Virus record (IMG/VR): IMGVR_UViG_3300043104_000334
DNA from: a virus
Lineage: Duplodnaviria > Caudoviricetes
Length of the DNA: 64,000 bases
Direction: 5' to 3' (one strand)
The position numbers and the translations under genes were made by a program. Position 1 is the stretch's first letter, and each line of letters opens with the position of its first letter. Positions 48,501 through 57,750 of this stretch are shown here, piece after piece. The notes under the pieces were generated by a model, which was not told the DNA's origin, searched no databases, and saw only the letters and a list, made by a program, of their open reading frames with translations.

Positions 48501-48880
48501 TTAGTCTTGTAGAACTCACTTGCAATACGACCATTTACCATACTACGTTTGTACATCATAGTAGAAGTGTCGTTTTCTTTTGAAATGTCCATTATGAACA
48601 TTCCATCCTCAACTCTGACATCTTTCTTCTCTGCAACGTGCAGAAATGTAGACTCAGCCTTTATCTTCATGATACCGGAGATAATGTTCTTTTCCCCATA
48701 ACACTTCTCAACATTATTTGTCTGTATATAAGACGCAACACATTCAGAAGTATCAATGACGTTGTACTGCTCAATGTCAGTAAGAACGTCTATTCGTTCA
48801 TTAGATGAATTATCAGTATACCATACAATCGCATAAGCATCATTCGATGTACTGAAATTCACCGTTCCAATTTTTAGCAT
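45587..48880 (-). CDS. polA: family-A DNA polymerase with 3'-5' exonuclease
   Basis: Exo motifs SFDIES, GHNVKFE, YGCPDA; motif A DWKQVELRI, motif B RKKGKSVNFGVVY, NTPVQGT, motif C IHDE. Confidence 0.93.
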   Translation of the reverse strand: MLKIGTVNFSTSNDAYAIVWYTDNSSNERIDVLTDIEQYNVIDTSECVASYIQTNNVEKCYGEKNIISGIMKIKAESTFLHVAEKKDVRVEDGMFIMDISKENDTSTMMYKRSMVNGRIASEFYKTNLGEIRIAEVSDSIYIASDKPINWELYELMSDVQRVDRSHTVRTEQAEYYSYDELLRRYPQVSHVIDPSNDYVVVQSFEEGEKRLTEWINSKEQLKSFDIESFSTDWGPASTNRITGVFLGLGTKWSTYFPFRQQNFEYNLPLEFLRRIFDAINNQPPFPEVIILGHNVKFEIEGFYEEYREIIRCDVDTYLLAVLVNPLIKKGSHTLKNLTAQVDHNFYLTLEDIFIGPVKFNVLPPEIVKLYGCPDATSPAKLYPYLMSKLPKDESFVMSLEMGLPPIKAMNEFYGIRMDQQRLVKLIEDEEYKVELLSNMFKKIHHTSRNINSYEVLSDILYNKLRCKVEVRTNKGMPSTSKFAIDRIIDTGYREADPNVPVPKDIVDRNGKVIIAGKDLAKNKYPSLVIYQTYKKCLKELGALNRLMNHSVDGYFKFYINQVGAGSNRQTSDAHQFSDTMKSCAVADSPHHGLVSCDWKQVELRILAGLAGQKDLMELEADASVDIHRAILSIIQKKPMYMISEEDRKKGKSVNFGVVYMMTEYGLARRDFGPAYTKENLAEERKKITDFFNGLPHIKAYLKNNEEFLKKNGYIKTAFCYYRYFPELLDPTVDPKLAQSMVRSGNNTPVQGTGAQMLKIVETKVWNYIRAKGWDKEKDYDGKMLPMVRMILPIHDEILLSYDKSIPKEEIISMFKECMELDIENMPPFYAAPAFIDNWYQGKDSAYEVDIPLRDKVVEEYHKGNYMLTGHDYLQVLSDYRNNEIKEYMQDLIAKYKTVDEVAKHVQHDSLTHTLIETMLTKKERKPLSHVERIHESVKRYIEQLDRDGTLEVIVSKPVEAEDTTQYMDMDEWSTTYTHIDANGDLIVEEAGDDNNGDADDISNVEELLPVEERCVRNPDVLYLMDECVIDLTNLKTAEEQEAVNQGVQKLTIPDGYYTVVYVIGNKTMRTPLRINYLEDEVNAVFDEVRNRKITEVI

Positions 48881-49415
48881 AACTTAGCACCTCACAGTCT
48901 ATTCTACTTGGCAGTAATGGTTTTGAATTTGAATCCTCTACTGAAAAGTAAAGATAACCATCACTAACACAAATAACAACTTCAGGTTTACCCCTAAAGA
49001 AACCACGATAAGAACTCTCTGCATTTATAAGTACATCAGCAAGAACCTGCATGATGTGATACCCGAAGCTCTGTTCTTCAGGACAACTATTATAGATATC
49101 CTGAATAGCAGAACGGAACTTCTTATCCATACTCATAAAGTCTTTTATACACCCAGAAAATTGCTTAGGGTCTTTAACCTGTCCTTTCATGATAAGCATA
49201 AGAACATACCGATATTTCTTTATGGTTTCCATCTCAAAATAACATTCTAATAACTGCACAACATCTGCTCTGCAAACAACCTTGTTTCGTATGCTGTTAT
49301 TACGATAGTAAAATTCGAGATTGTCCCAGTCCTTTATACCGGTATCATATGTTGTAACTGTGGTAGTACATTTTGTATACTTTATTGACACATCGTATTC
49401 ACTCAACATAGTCAA
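48840..49415 (-). CDS. hypothetical protein
   Basis: Overlaps the polA start. Confidence 0.55.
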   Translation of the reverse strand: MTMLSEYDVSIKYTKCTTTVTTYDTGIKDWDNLEFYYRNNSIRNKVVCRADVVQLLECYFEMETIKKYRYVLMLIMKGQVKDPKQFSGCIKDFMSMDKKFRSAIQDIYNSCPEEQSFGYHIMQVLADVLINAESSYRGFFRGKPEVVICVSDGYLYFSVEDSNSKPLLPSRIDCEVLSYAKNWNGEFQYIE

Positions 49416-49518
49416 CGTCCTCCACTTCGTCTTCCTCTTTTACGATAGTAAAACGCTTACCTTTGTCGATTAGTTCCTCAATAGAGCTATTCATGACATC
49501 ATCAATTGTTAGCTCCAA
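49399..49518 (-). CDS. 39-aa acidic peptide (not in the ORF track)
   Basis: TTG start after GGAG: MELTIDDVMNSSIEELIDKGKRFTIVKEEDEVEDVDYVE; bridges the gap between its neighbours. Confidence 0.4.
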   Translation of the reverse strand: MELTIDDVMNSSIEELIDKGKRFTIVKEEDEVEDVDYVE

Positions 49519-50971
49519 GACATCTCCAATGTGCCTCTGACTGTGATATCCCATAGGTCTCATACTCCTTTAATGCTTCGAAGCAGTCATCAATTTTGAG
49601 GTAGTAAACATCATCATACTCCTCTTCCAATGCTACAACGAAATTATACTTGGTTAATACAATACGGTAATCAGTTCTACCTTTGTATGTTCCAAAATAC
49701 TCACCAGGCAAGTCAAGTATCTCTTTCTTGAAGTGCAATAAACCGTTTGCTTCGAATGTAACAATCTGTCTGGGAACAGTAATATTCTTACCTTGCATAA
49801 CACTAAGTATGCGATCAAGTAAAGCAAGCGTAGTATCTTCATTTTCCTCGAGCAACTCATCATCAATCTCACCAAGCCTGTAGGCAAGCTTGATGCGCTC
49901 GGTTATGAAGAATGCTGATTTGTTATAATCAAATTCTTTATTATCCGACAATGTATTTATATACATGTTTGATTTCGAAGTGCTGAAAATATTCTCCGGC
50001 TTGAGTGCAACCATAAGTTCGATATCCACATCCTTAAACTCACTAAAGTACTCCTCATTAGTCGGAAGATATGTACAAATAATGCTGTTAATAAAGTCAT
50101 TATTGTATTCAACAGGGTCCTCGTCCCTATAATCTATTCCCAAGATACTTAAGGCATCCATGAACTTCACACATAGACCAAATTCAGCTTTGTGAGCATC
50201 AGGGTTAATAAATATCTTTGTTACATTAGGATAGATAATATATTTGTTATCGTCCTCATGCACGAAGTTTCTTTTATAATTACCGTTAGAATCGATAAGG
50301 AATGTTGGATACCATCTGAAATCCGTAACCGTAACATAATTACGTTTACGGTCCTTAGCTTTAATATCCATGTAAGCGAATATGAAAGAGAATAGATTGG
50401 CTTTATACTGTTTTGAGTAACTCCAGATAGACTTCATGATGTAAGGTAACTCTCTAACAGTTTCCTCGAATGCATCATTAGATATCATTTCATCCTGTCT
50501 AACCTGAAGAACCTTTTCTTCCTCAGTGTCTCCATCCCCATCATAGTTGCGTAAGGTACGAGTGTATGTTTCAACATTTGCGATTACTGGTGACTTGTTA
50601 TTCTTCTTATAACCGACACACATATTGATAACATACTCTTTTACTTTTGTACTCTCTACGCCATCTATAATTAAATCTTCAAGCGTAGAGTAATTGCCTA
50701 AGCTCTGTTCAACTTCCTGTAGCATTCCATACTGTTTCACTTCACGCACCATAGCAGGATTCAAGTCCTTATATGCATACAATGTGTACGCAAGAAACTC
50801 GGACTGTTTATACTTACTTTTAAGCGTGCCATTAAATTGCCTTTTGATTTCATCGGCTTCACCATTAAATGGACTAAAGCTGTCATACGTTGCAGGCCCT
50901 TCTCTTGTAATCAAATCCTCAAGCACAGTCTTGCTAGGATAGGCACTAAAGCATCTAGTTTGTCTTAACAC
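49502..50971 (-). CDS. hypothetical protein (489 aa)
   Basis: Long ORF; no motif recognised. Confidence 0.65.
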   Translation of the reverse strand: MLRQTRCFSAYPSKTVLEDLITREGPATYDSFSPFNGEADEIKRQFNGTLKSKYKQSEFLAYTLYAYKDLNPAMVREVKQYGMLQEVEQSLGNYSTLEDLIIDGVESTKVKEYVINMCVGYKKNNKSPVIANVETYTRTLRNYDGDGDTEEEKVLQVRQDEMISNDAFEETVRELPYIMKSIWSYSKQYKANLFSFIFAYMDIKAKDRKRNYVTVTDFRWYPTFLIDSNGNYKRNFVHEDDNKYIIYPNVTKIFINPDAHKAEFGLCVKFMDALSILGIDYRDEDPVEYNNDFINSIICTYLPTNEEYFSEFKDVDIELMVALKPENIFSTSKSNMYINTLSDNKEFDYNKSAFFITERIKLAYRLGEIDDELLEENEDTTLALLDRILSVMQGKNITVPRQIVTFEANGLLHFKKEILDLPGEYFGTYKGRTDYRIVLTKYNFVVALEEEYDDVYYLKIDDCFEALKEYETYGISQSEAHWRCLGANN

Positions 50972-51179
50972 TCCTTATCCCCTCCAATAATAATGCTGTT
51001 TGCTCCCCAAGCATTACCCCAACTGTATAGTTTTCTCGCATATATCGTAATGCACCCATAGGGTCATCCGGATATACAGTTGTAAGATATGCTACCAACT
51101 CCTCAGGGCTATAGTCAGATTTCTCCCTGCCCTTAAGGGAATTAACATCAATTACTCTTTGAAATATGTTCTTCATCAT
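50955..51179 (-). CDS. small hypothetical protein
   Basis: GAGGTG RBS. Confidence 0.5.
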   Translation of the reverse strand: MMKNIFQRVIDVNSLKGREKSDYSPEELVAYLTTVYPDDPMGALRYMRENYTVGVMLGEQTALLLEGIRSVKTN

Positions 51180-51184
51180 TCACC

Positions 51185-51376
51185 TCAAATGCTGTTGAAC
51201 CAATTAGCAAAATCATCGACTGTTGACTCATCATTTATAACTTCCACTGTAGGTTCCTCTTCCTTGAAGTAGGAACCATCCTTGATAAGCAAGTAATATA
51301 GATAATTCCTATCCCTGTTTACTTTACCAGTAAGCATGCATAATTCTCGCATATAGATATCTTCAGATGGTTCCAT
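51185..51376 (-). CDS. small hypothetical protein
   Basis: GAGGA RBS. Confidence 0.5.
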   Translation of the reverse strand: MEPSEDIYMRELCMLTGKVNRDRNYLYYLLIKDGSYFKEEEPTVEVINDESTVDDFANWFNSI

Positions 51377-51396
51377 ACTTATTTCCTCATTTCTTA

Positions 51397-52134
51397 TTAG
51401 TCTTCTGATTCATATTCCGAATCAATGTTTGTGTAAATATCCGGCTCCACACCGTTTGTTTTCATATCTTCCATTGGAATGTCATCATGTTTCTCTAACT
51501 CACCTGATATTGTAAGGCTCTCCGTTTCTTTATCCGCAGTCACAATCTGTTCTTTACGTTCACGTATTACATTTATCTGTATTATGTAAACCATGATTGC
51601 TACGATAGCGATAATCATGATGAACACAATCATATTTACATAATACTCTTTTAACCCGAAGCTGTGTGTGGCGACTACCATATTAATAATGATGATTACA
51701 GTAGATACACTGAACAGATTTGTAGCACGAATTATAACACTGTTCTTTGATATACTATCAATGTCATTACACTTCTGACACTGTGTCTTCGTTGTCTGGA
51801 TATTAACACAAGATACACAGATGAACCAGATGAACCAGCACACAATTGCACTGATGCCACAGAAAGCTTTTATAACATCTGTGCTCATAGAAACCGGTCT
51901 CTCAATGTCCGGTAACTTGATGGCGAGAACTGTACAAATTCCAAACCTTAAAACAAGCTGGAATATCTGTATACCAAACAGTGCACTCCAGACGGCATTG
52001 TTGTGTCTAGCATACATCCACACCGGCATAGCAAGAGATGCGATGATGATAAGCTCCCACGGTTGCAGCAGTCCTATTGAATAGGATAAGAAACTTCCAG
52101 CAACAAGGACATAAAATAATATACAACTACTCAT
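51397..52134 (-). CDS. multi-pass membrane protein
   Basis: About six TM segments; start at ATG 52134 after GGGAGG. Confidence 0.6.
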   Translation of the reverse strand: MSSCILFYVLVAGSFLSYSIGLLQPWELIIIASLAMPVWMYARHNNAVWSALFGIQIFQLVLRFGICTVLAIKLPDIERPVSMSTDVIKAFCGISAIVCWFIWFICVSCVNIQTTKTQCQKCNDIDSISKNSVIIRATNLFSVSTVIIIINMVVATHSFGLKEYYVNMIVFIMIIAIVAIMVYIIQINVIRERKEQIVTADKETESLTISGELEKHDDIPMEDMKTNGVEPDIYTNIDSEYESED

Positions 52135-52156
52135 AATAGTTACCCTCCCTTTAGTA

Positions 52157-52615
52157 TTATATAACGCACCCAGGCATATAGGCATTCATAATGTCAAGTG
52201 CCTTAGCATGCAAATTTGAAGACTTTCTGTCTGCACAGTATTCCTTTAATACACGTACCCTACATCCACATGAGTACATAGACATAGCGCAACAAAGTAC
52301 TGATGCCGCGGTAGAGATACCAATGATATCATACTCTGCATCTTTCCGGAACATAGAGCAATCAACATCATATCCCGGGACCACAATAACATTGTCACTC
52401 TGGTAATCTAAGTAAACATTGTCACTTGACATCATCTCACCGGAGCGCCTGAAATTTGTATCACCATTCATAGGCTTACGTACAATAGACATGACACTGT
52501 CATACTGGTCACTATTTCCATTGATGAAGTCGAGAATCTTTCTTTTCTGCTTCTTGTCAATAAGTGCCAGCTTCTCTTTCTGGCAACCAATAACAACTAA
52601 GTATCTGGTCTCCAT
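52157..52615 (-). CDS. isochorismatase/nicotinamidase-fold protein, catalytically degenerate
   Basis: YLVVIGCQ in place of LLVIDxQ; IIGISTAASVLCCA...RVRVLKEYCAD in place of GxxTDxCV...V.V..D.CA. Confidence 0.55.
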   Translation of the reverse strand: METRYLVVIGCQKEKLALIDKKQKRKILDFINGNSDQYDSVMSIVRKPMNGDTNFRRSGEMMSSDNVYLDYQSDNVIVVPGYDVDCSMFRKDAEYDIIGISTAASVLCCAMSMYSCGCRVRVLKEYCADRKSSNLHAKALDIMNAYMPGCVI

Positions 52616-53115
52616 TATTCTTTTTCCTCCTTATACAATTTCATAGCTTCGACAATTTTCTTTATCATCTGTTCGTCATCCTCGTCTGTCTCAAATATGA
52701 CATGATATGATCTAGCATAAAACTCGATTGCCCATCTTGTTAGTGAGCCCCACTCTAACAGACCGGCAGAGTCCTTCATACCCTTTTTTGTGGACAGCTC
52801 ATCACAAACATCTCTGCAATCTTTGTAAAGTGTTTCTGCATAGGCACGAAGCTTTCTTCTTTCTGTGTACAGACCGAGCCTTACATCCATATAGAACTCA
52901 AGCCGAATTGCAGTTCCTTCAACGAGAGATTTCTTCATAGAGATTTCCCTTTCCTCGTCAGGATGTTCATTGTACAACTTTTCAAGTTCTTCACTCTCAT
53001 CTTTGAGAGTTTTAGCAAGGCTCTTTACATCTATGAATTCACACTCTTCGGTCTGTGCAAGCATTTTGTTGCATTCAGCTACAATTTGCTGAACCGAATT
53101 AACGACCTTACTCAT
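52615..53115 (-). CDS. helical hypothetical protein
   Basis: Charged, coiled-coil-like composition. Confidence 0.55.
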   Translation of the reverse strand: MSKVVNSVQQIVAECNKMLAQTEECEFIDVKSLAKTLKDESEELEKLYNEHPDEEREISMKKSLVEGTAIRLEFYMDVRLGLYTERRKLRAYAETLYKDCRDVCDELSTKKGMKDSAGLLEWGSLTRWAIEFYARSYHVIFETDEDDEQMIKKIVEAMKLYKEEKE

Positions 53116-53438
53116 TGTTTATCTCCTTCATGATACTTATTTACTTTATTCATGTTTATCCTTTTCTCAAGCTCACTACAGGTTATATAGGTATCAGTAT
53201 AACCAACTACTCTTATACCCTTTGTCAAGTATTTACTCACCTGCAGTTTTCGTTCCATCGGAATTGATGTGTTCTTGAGAACACACATATTTATATAATA
53301 ACGTGTGTTGTGATAGATGGCATCTATATGCCTATATCTATCTGGCACCAATGTTTTAACATAGTTGCACAATTCTTCATAATTCTCTCGTAAAGCAATA
53401 ACTTTATCCAAATCGAACGAATCCGTTGCGATAATCAT
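53112..53438 (-). CDS. hypothetical protein
   Basis: Packed ORF downstream of a promoter-like motif. Confidence 0.55.
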   Translation of the reverse strand: MIIATDSFDLDKVIALRENYEELCNYVKTLVPDRYRHIDAIYHNTRYYINMCVLKNTSIPMERKLQVSKYLTKGIRVVGYTDTYITCSELEKRINMNKVNKYHEGDKQ

Positions 53439-53487
53439 ACGTAATACCTACCTTTCAATTATATATGTTATTAACATCTTCTTATAT

Positions 53488-53658
53488 TCAAAAGATTCTT
53501 AATAGGCCATACTGACACATATAATCTTCATCAATAGGAACGCCAATTGCTATGAGTGCATGCGTTAGTAAATCAAACAAAACAGCAATGCACACGATAG
53601 CAAACAGCATAGCAATGTACTCAAATACAAATGTAAGTACATCCTTAAATAATTTCAT
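53488..53658 (-). CDS. 56-aa membrane peptide (not in the ORF track)
   Basis: MKLFKDVLTFVFEYIAMLFAIVCIAVLFDLL...; start coupled to the dnaK stop (TGATG). Confidence 0.45.
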   Translation of the reverse strand: MKLFKDVLTFVFEYIAMLFAIVCIAVLFDLLTHALIAIGVPIDEDYMCQYGLLRIF

Positions 53659-54995
53659 CACTTCATAACGAGTTTAATCTGCTGGGTATCATTCGTCATA
53701 ATGTTCGTACAGGATAACGAAATTCTACCATTTCTGTCAACAGTAATCTCGATCTCGACAAGACCGGTATGAGCAGGCATGACCTCGCCATAATCATATA
53801 CCAGTGTACCAACGTACTCATTTTCACTGCAGAGAATTGAGTCACCCTGATAGAGATTAACATTAAGGTACCGTGTATCTTCTGTGTTATCAAACACCTT
53901 AATCTCCGTAACAGGAATAACCGTATTTTTCTCGATGATGACCTCAGCCATACCAAGACTGTTCTCGATACATAAGCATTTTGTTACATCATCGACTTCG
54001 CTCTCAGCAGTCCCGTTCTCCACCATTTCAGCATAGAGTGCAACACCCTTTGCCACAATAAGGTCAGCAGGAACATCACATGGGATACTTTCAAGACCGG
54101 TCTCCTCCATAACCCATTCCCGCAGATAAGGACATTCTGTTGATCCGCCAACAAAGACAATCTTTGGTTTCTCAGATTCCATAAGATTTGTCTGGATAAG
54201 CTGCTTTGTAAGTTTGATAGTTGGTGCAAAGATTTGTTTCATAATGCTTACGTAGTCTTCCTTTGTAAGCTTCCACGCACCATCAACACCCATAATGTCC
54301 ATATCAACGTACTGCTCAAGTCCTGTTTTCTGCAAAGCTTCTTTTGCTAACCGAACCTTTGATACAAGTACTTTGACTGAATCGGCCGAACGAAAACGCA
54401 TCTTTACTTTGCAGTCAGTCATAGCTTTATTGGCTAGTGCCCTGTCAAAGTTGTCTCCGGCAAGATGCCCATCACCATCCGTGGCAACAACAAAATAGTT
54501 ACCAACTCTTGAATCGAGAATAGTAACATCAAATGTTCCACCACCGAGGTCATAAACAACCACGAGGTCTTTTAAATCCCGGCATACATATAATGCCGCA
54601 GCTGTAGGCTCATTGATAAGACCATGCATTGTGAGACCTGCCTGTTCAGCAGCATCCCATACTGCTTGTCTCTGCGTATGTGAAAACTTTGCTGGTACCG
54701 ATACGACAATGTCCTCAATATATTCGCCAGTTCGCATAGAGGCTTTATTCACTAAGTCTCTTAATATAATTGCAGAACAAGCGATAGGCAACTTGCCGGA
54801 CGAACCAGTTGTCATGTTAATCTTATAGGACGATACAATATCCTTAGATACTACATCCCGGCTAACCTGAGCTTTCTTGGACACATCTACACTGGACGAC
54901 ACAAGCCCAGTATAGAGCTCATCACCATGCCCAATGAGAGAGTTTGTTGTTCCCAAATCAATTCCACAGATTCTACCCATTAATCTTTCCTCCAT
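53658..54995 (-). CDS. dnaK: shortened Hsp70/DnaK-family chaperone
   Basis: GIDLGTTNS, VVSVPAKF, INEPTAAAL, VYDLGGGTFDV and VFVGGS; 445 aa, no helical lid. Confidence 0.9.
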   Translation of the reverse strand: MEERLMGRICGIDLGTTNSLIGHGDELYTGLVSSSVDVSKKAQVSRDVVSKDIVSSYKINMTTGSSGKLPIACSAIILRDLVNKASMRTGEYIEDIVVSVPAKFSHTQRQAVWDAAEQAGLTMHGLINEPTAAALYVCRDLKDLVVVYDLGGGTFDVTILDSRVGNYFVVATDGDGHLAGDNFDRALANKAMTDCKVKMRFRSADSVKVLVSKVRLAKEALQKTGLEQYVDMDIMGVDGAWKLTKEDYVSIMKQIFAPTIKLTKQLIQTNLMESEKPKIVFVGGSTECPYLREWVMEETGLESIPCDVPADLIVAKGVALYAEMVENGTAESEVDDVTKCLCIENSLGMAEVIIEKNTVIPVTEIKVFDNTEDTRYLNVNLYQGDSILCSENEYVGTLVYDYGEVMPAHTGLVEIEITVDRNGRISLSCTNIMTNDTQQIKLVMK

Positions 54996-55834
54996 TATTC
55001 AACCAATGTTATTCCATCATTGGTTACCTCAATCAAGTATGACCATAAGTTATCACGTATAGTATCCTCAATTGATATGCTTAATATTCTGTTCTTATCA
55101 CACTGTATATAGGCGTATGCGTTGTATGTTTGACTGTAAGAGTTATACACTTCAATATATAACGCACCACCAAATGCAGTATCCACTGTTGTATCACAGA
55201 GAAGCTGAAAGTTATCCTCAACAGTAGGGTCACGATATGGAGTCATTTCAAAATATGATTCATAATCCGTTAACCCATTGCCAACTTCAACCTCAGCATC
55301 GAGTGTAATTCCGGATGGAGTGCAACCAAGATAATAGTCAAAGTTATATGCACTCAGGGCATCCTTTCTGAGTTCCTGAACTGTCATAGATTCTGGGTCA
55401 ACTTCTGTCACAGTTACCCGTGCTCCAGAAACATCACAAATAAGTGCACCCTCATCAAACCCGTAGGACATCAACCGCAGATTATCAGTACTCTGCAAGA
55501 TAAATCCATTTGAGAACTCATACTTGTCTACGATATCAATATCCTCAACATTTGTAGAAGTTACATCTTCACTTCCCGTTACATAAGATGTACCATCTTT
55601 GTTTATCGTAACTTTATTATTGAACTTAAGCTCCCTGTCCTGTTCATATGACCCAGCATCATCAGTAGATGTAACGTCATCGGACTCTGTAGAATTGGAA
55701 GCTTGAGTCTCCGTTGTGGTCTCAGTATTTGTAACTTCATTACTGGAAGAGGATTTACCTCTTCCAATAACGAATATTGCAATACCAATTATTACAACCA
55801 CCAGAATAGCGACTATAATAATTTTCTTTTTCAT
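54995..55834 (-). CDS. membrane-anchored exported protein
   Basis: MKKKIIIVAILVVVIIGIAIFVI TM, then an S/T/D-rich linker. Confidence 0.65.
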   Translation of the reverse strand: MKKKIIIVAILVVVIIGIAIFVIGRGKSSSSNEVTNTETTTETQASNSTESDDVTSTDDAGSYEQDRELKFNNKVTINKDGTSYVTGSEDVTSTNVEDIDIVDKYEFSNGFILQSTDNLRLMSYGFDEGALICDVSGARVTVTEVDPESMTVQELRKDALSAYNFDYYLGCTPSGITLDAEVEVGNGLTDYESYFEMTPYRDPTVEDNFQLLCDTTVDTAFGGALYIEVYNSYSQTYNAYAYIQCDKNRILSISIEDTIRDNLWSYLIEVTNDGITLVE

Positions 55835-55842
55835 AGAACACC

Positions 55843-57729
55843 TCACTTGGTTACAAGTGTCTTCAACAGTTCAATCATTGTATCTGTGCTGTCATCCATG
55901 TTATCAGCATAGATTACCAGATAGTCATTGTCTATGGTGTAAACAGCCATGTAGCCTTTTGTTTGTGTCGCGTCATCAAAGTCGGTGTACGTAATGGTAT
56001 ACGGCACAATTCTACCAAGCTCAGTAACAGCAGCTTTTGTGTCTTCTGAATTGATAGAATAATCAAGGCTACTCATATCATTTGTTGAGTAGATACAAGT
56101 CTCCTTGTAAGTGTCAATCTTAGACGAATTGGAAGTCTCAATATAGTACTTGTTACCATTATAACTAAGGACAGTAACACTTGACGTAGAAGACGCTGTG
56201 TTGATAATAACATCGGACATATTCTCATTATCGATGTAATACGTACCAGCTGTAGTAACGAGAATTTGCATAGCACTGCTATCACCATCAACATCTGCTG
56301 TACCGTAACTGTAATCATCGGAAGAAAAATCAATACTTGTATCATCATCTTCATCCTGATTACCGCTCACCATCTGTGTGCCATCCTTAAAGATAATCGT
56401 AGACGTGAATGTAGTATCAGAATCAATTACGTAATTCCATCTACTGTAACGTGTACCATTGGAATCAGCAGGCCATTCATACACTTCCGGATATTTAGCC
56501 TGATAGGTCTGCTTAGCAGAGACAACTTCCTTTTCCTCTGTCTCTTCTTCTGTATCTGAAGATACATCAACTTCATTTACATCATCAGACTCTGAGCCGG
56601 TGTACTCACCTGCAAGGAACGTATTCTGCAATGTATCAAATGAGTAAGCTTCCTCATAATAAGGAATTCCATTTGTCACAAAGTAGTCTGTCACAGCCGT
56701 CTTTAAATCATCCTCAGAAACGTCATCAGCAATATCAATATTACTTAATCCGAGTACATCGAATGACTGCGCTTCTGTAATGTAGAATACGTTGTTTGCA
56801 TCATAATTCTGCAGAACGTATCCAATAGGAAATGCTCTTGTATCATCACCCGTACCAGTAAGCAGACTGTAATCAAAGTTTGCGTAAACCTCATATACAT
56901 CAACTCTTGTACCATCAAGCGAGTAAAGTGTACCAGCATAAGATGATGACATTCCGGTATAAATAGAATCAATGATAGCATTACCGTAAGAAGCCATATC
57001 ATCCTGACTTGCATCATCAGTATCTGACTCGTCTTCATCTGTCACACTTGAGCTATCATCCTGTAAATGAATTACACTAGACATTACGTCTGCAACTGCC
57101 GTGTCTACATCGCCGTAGTATACATATACTTTACCATCTGTTGTAGATAAAGTAGACTTTTCATACTCGGACACGCCAAGATACGAACCATCAATGTTAT
57201 TACCAGAACCGATGATGTTTAAATCGTCGTCCATCATCCAGCAACCTGACTCACTGTAAACAACAGTAATGATAGTTGAATTATTACTTGTTACCGTATT
57301 ATGACCATCAACATTTGTATAAGCCGCTGTTGCTTCTTCGTCAGCTCCAAATGATTCAACAGTATAGTCATAAGTAGCTGACCATTCGTCACCCTCAATG
57401 AACTCGACAATAATGGTGACAGTATAATCACCAATAATCGTCGTATCAAGTGAATTGACAATCTGTCCGGTGCTATCAAGAATTGCTTCCTGAACTACAC
57501 TTCCGGCAACACTATCATCCACAGAAATAATGTCATCAATTGTGACCTCATCACGAGCCGTATAGATTCCGGTTCCGATGACTGTTACTCTTGTATCCAC
57601 TTCTTCCGTAGAGACCTCTGTATCATCTGTGCTTCCTTTCTTGAATTTCTCCAGAGGATTTGTACAACCAGTAAGTATCATGCATGCAAGTAATGTAAGC
57701 ATGACAATAAGAGACAATTTCTTCTTCAT
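55843..57729 (-). CDS. large acidic lipoprotein
   Basis: LLACMILTGC lipobox; D/T/S/Y-rich, beta-type sequence. Confidence 0.75.
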   Translation of the reverse strand: MKKKLSLIVMLTLLACMILTGCTNPLEKFKKGSTDDTEVSTEEVDTRVTVIGTGIYTARDEVTIDDIISVDDSVAGSVVQEAILDSTGQIVNSLDTTIIGDYTVTIIVEFIEGDEWSATYDYTVESFGADEEATAAYTNVDGHNTVTSNNSTIITVVYSESGCWMMDDDLNIIGSGNNIDGSYLGVSEYEKSTLSTTDGKVYVYYGDVDTAVADVMSSVIHLQDDSSSVTDEDESDTDDASQDDMASYGNAIIDSIYTGMSSSYAGTLYSLDGTRVDVYEVYANFDYSLLTGTGDDTRAFPIGYVLQNYDANNVFYITEAQSFDVLGLSNIDIADDVSEDDLKTAVTDYFVTNGIPYYEEAYSFDTLQNTFLAGEYTGSESDDVNEVDVSSDTEEETEEKEVVSAKQTYQAKYPEVYEWPADSNGTRYSRWNYVIDSDTTFTSTIIFKDGTQMVSGNQDEDDDTSIDFSSDDYSYGTADVDGDSSAMQILVTTAGTYYIDNENMSDVIINTASSTSSVTVLSYNGNKYYIETSNSSKIDTYKETCIYSTNDMSSLDYSINSEDTKAAVTELGRIVPYTITYTDFDDATQTKGYMAVYTIDNDYLVIYADNMDDSTDTMIELLKTLVTK

Positions 57730-57750
57730 GATAATTTAATCCTTTCATAT

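Noticed and set aside
45587-48880. Inteins or group I introns in polA, rpoC or ligA
   Set aside because: Conserved motifs are normally spaced, and no C...HN splice junctions or LAGLIDADG/HNH inserts were recognised.
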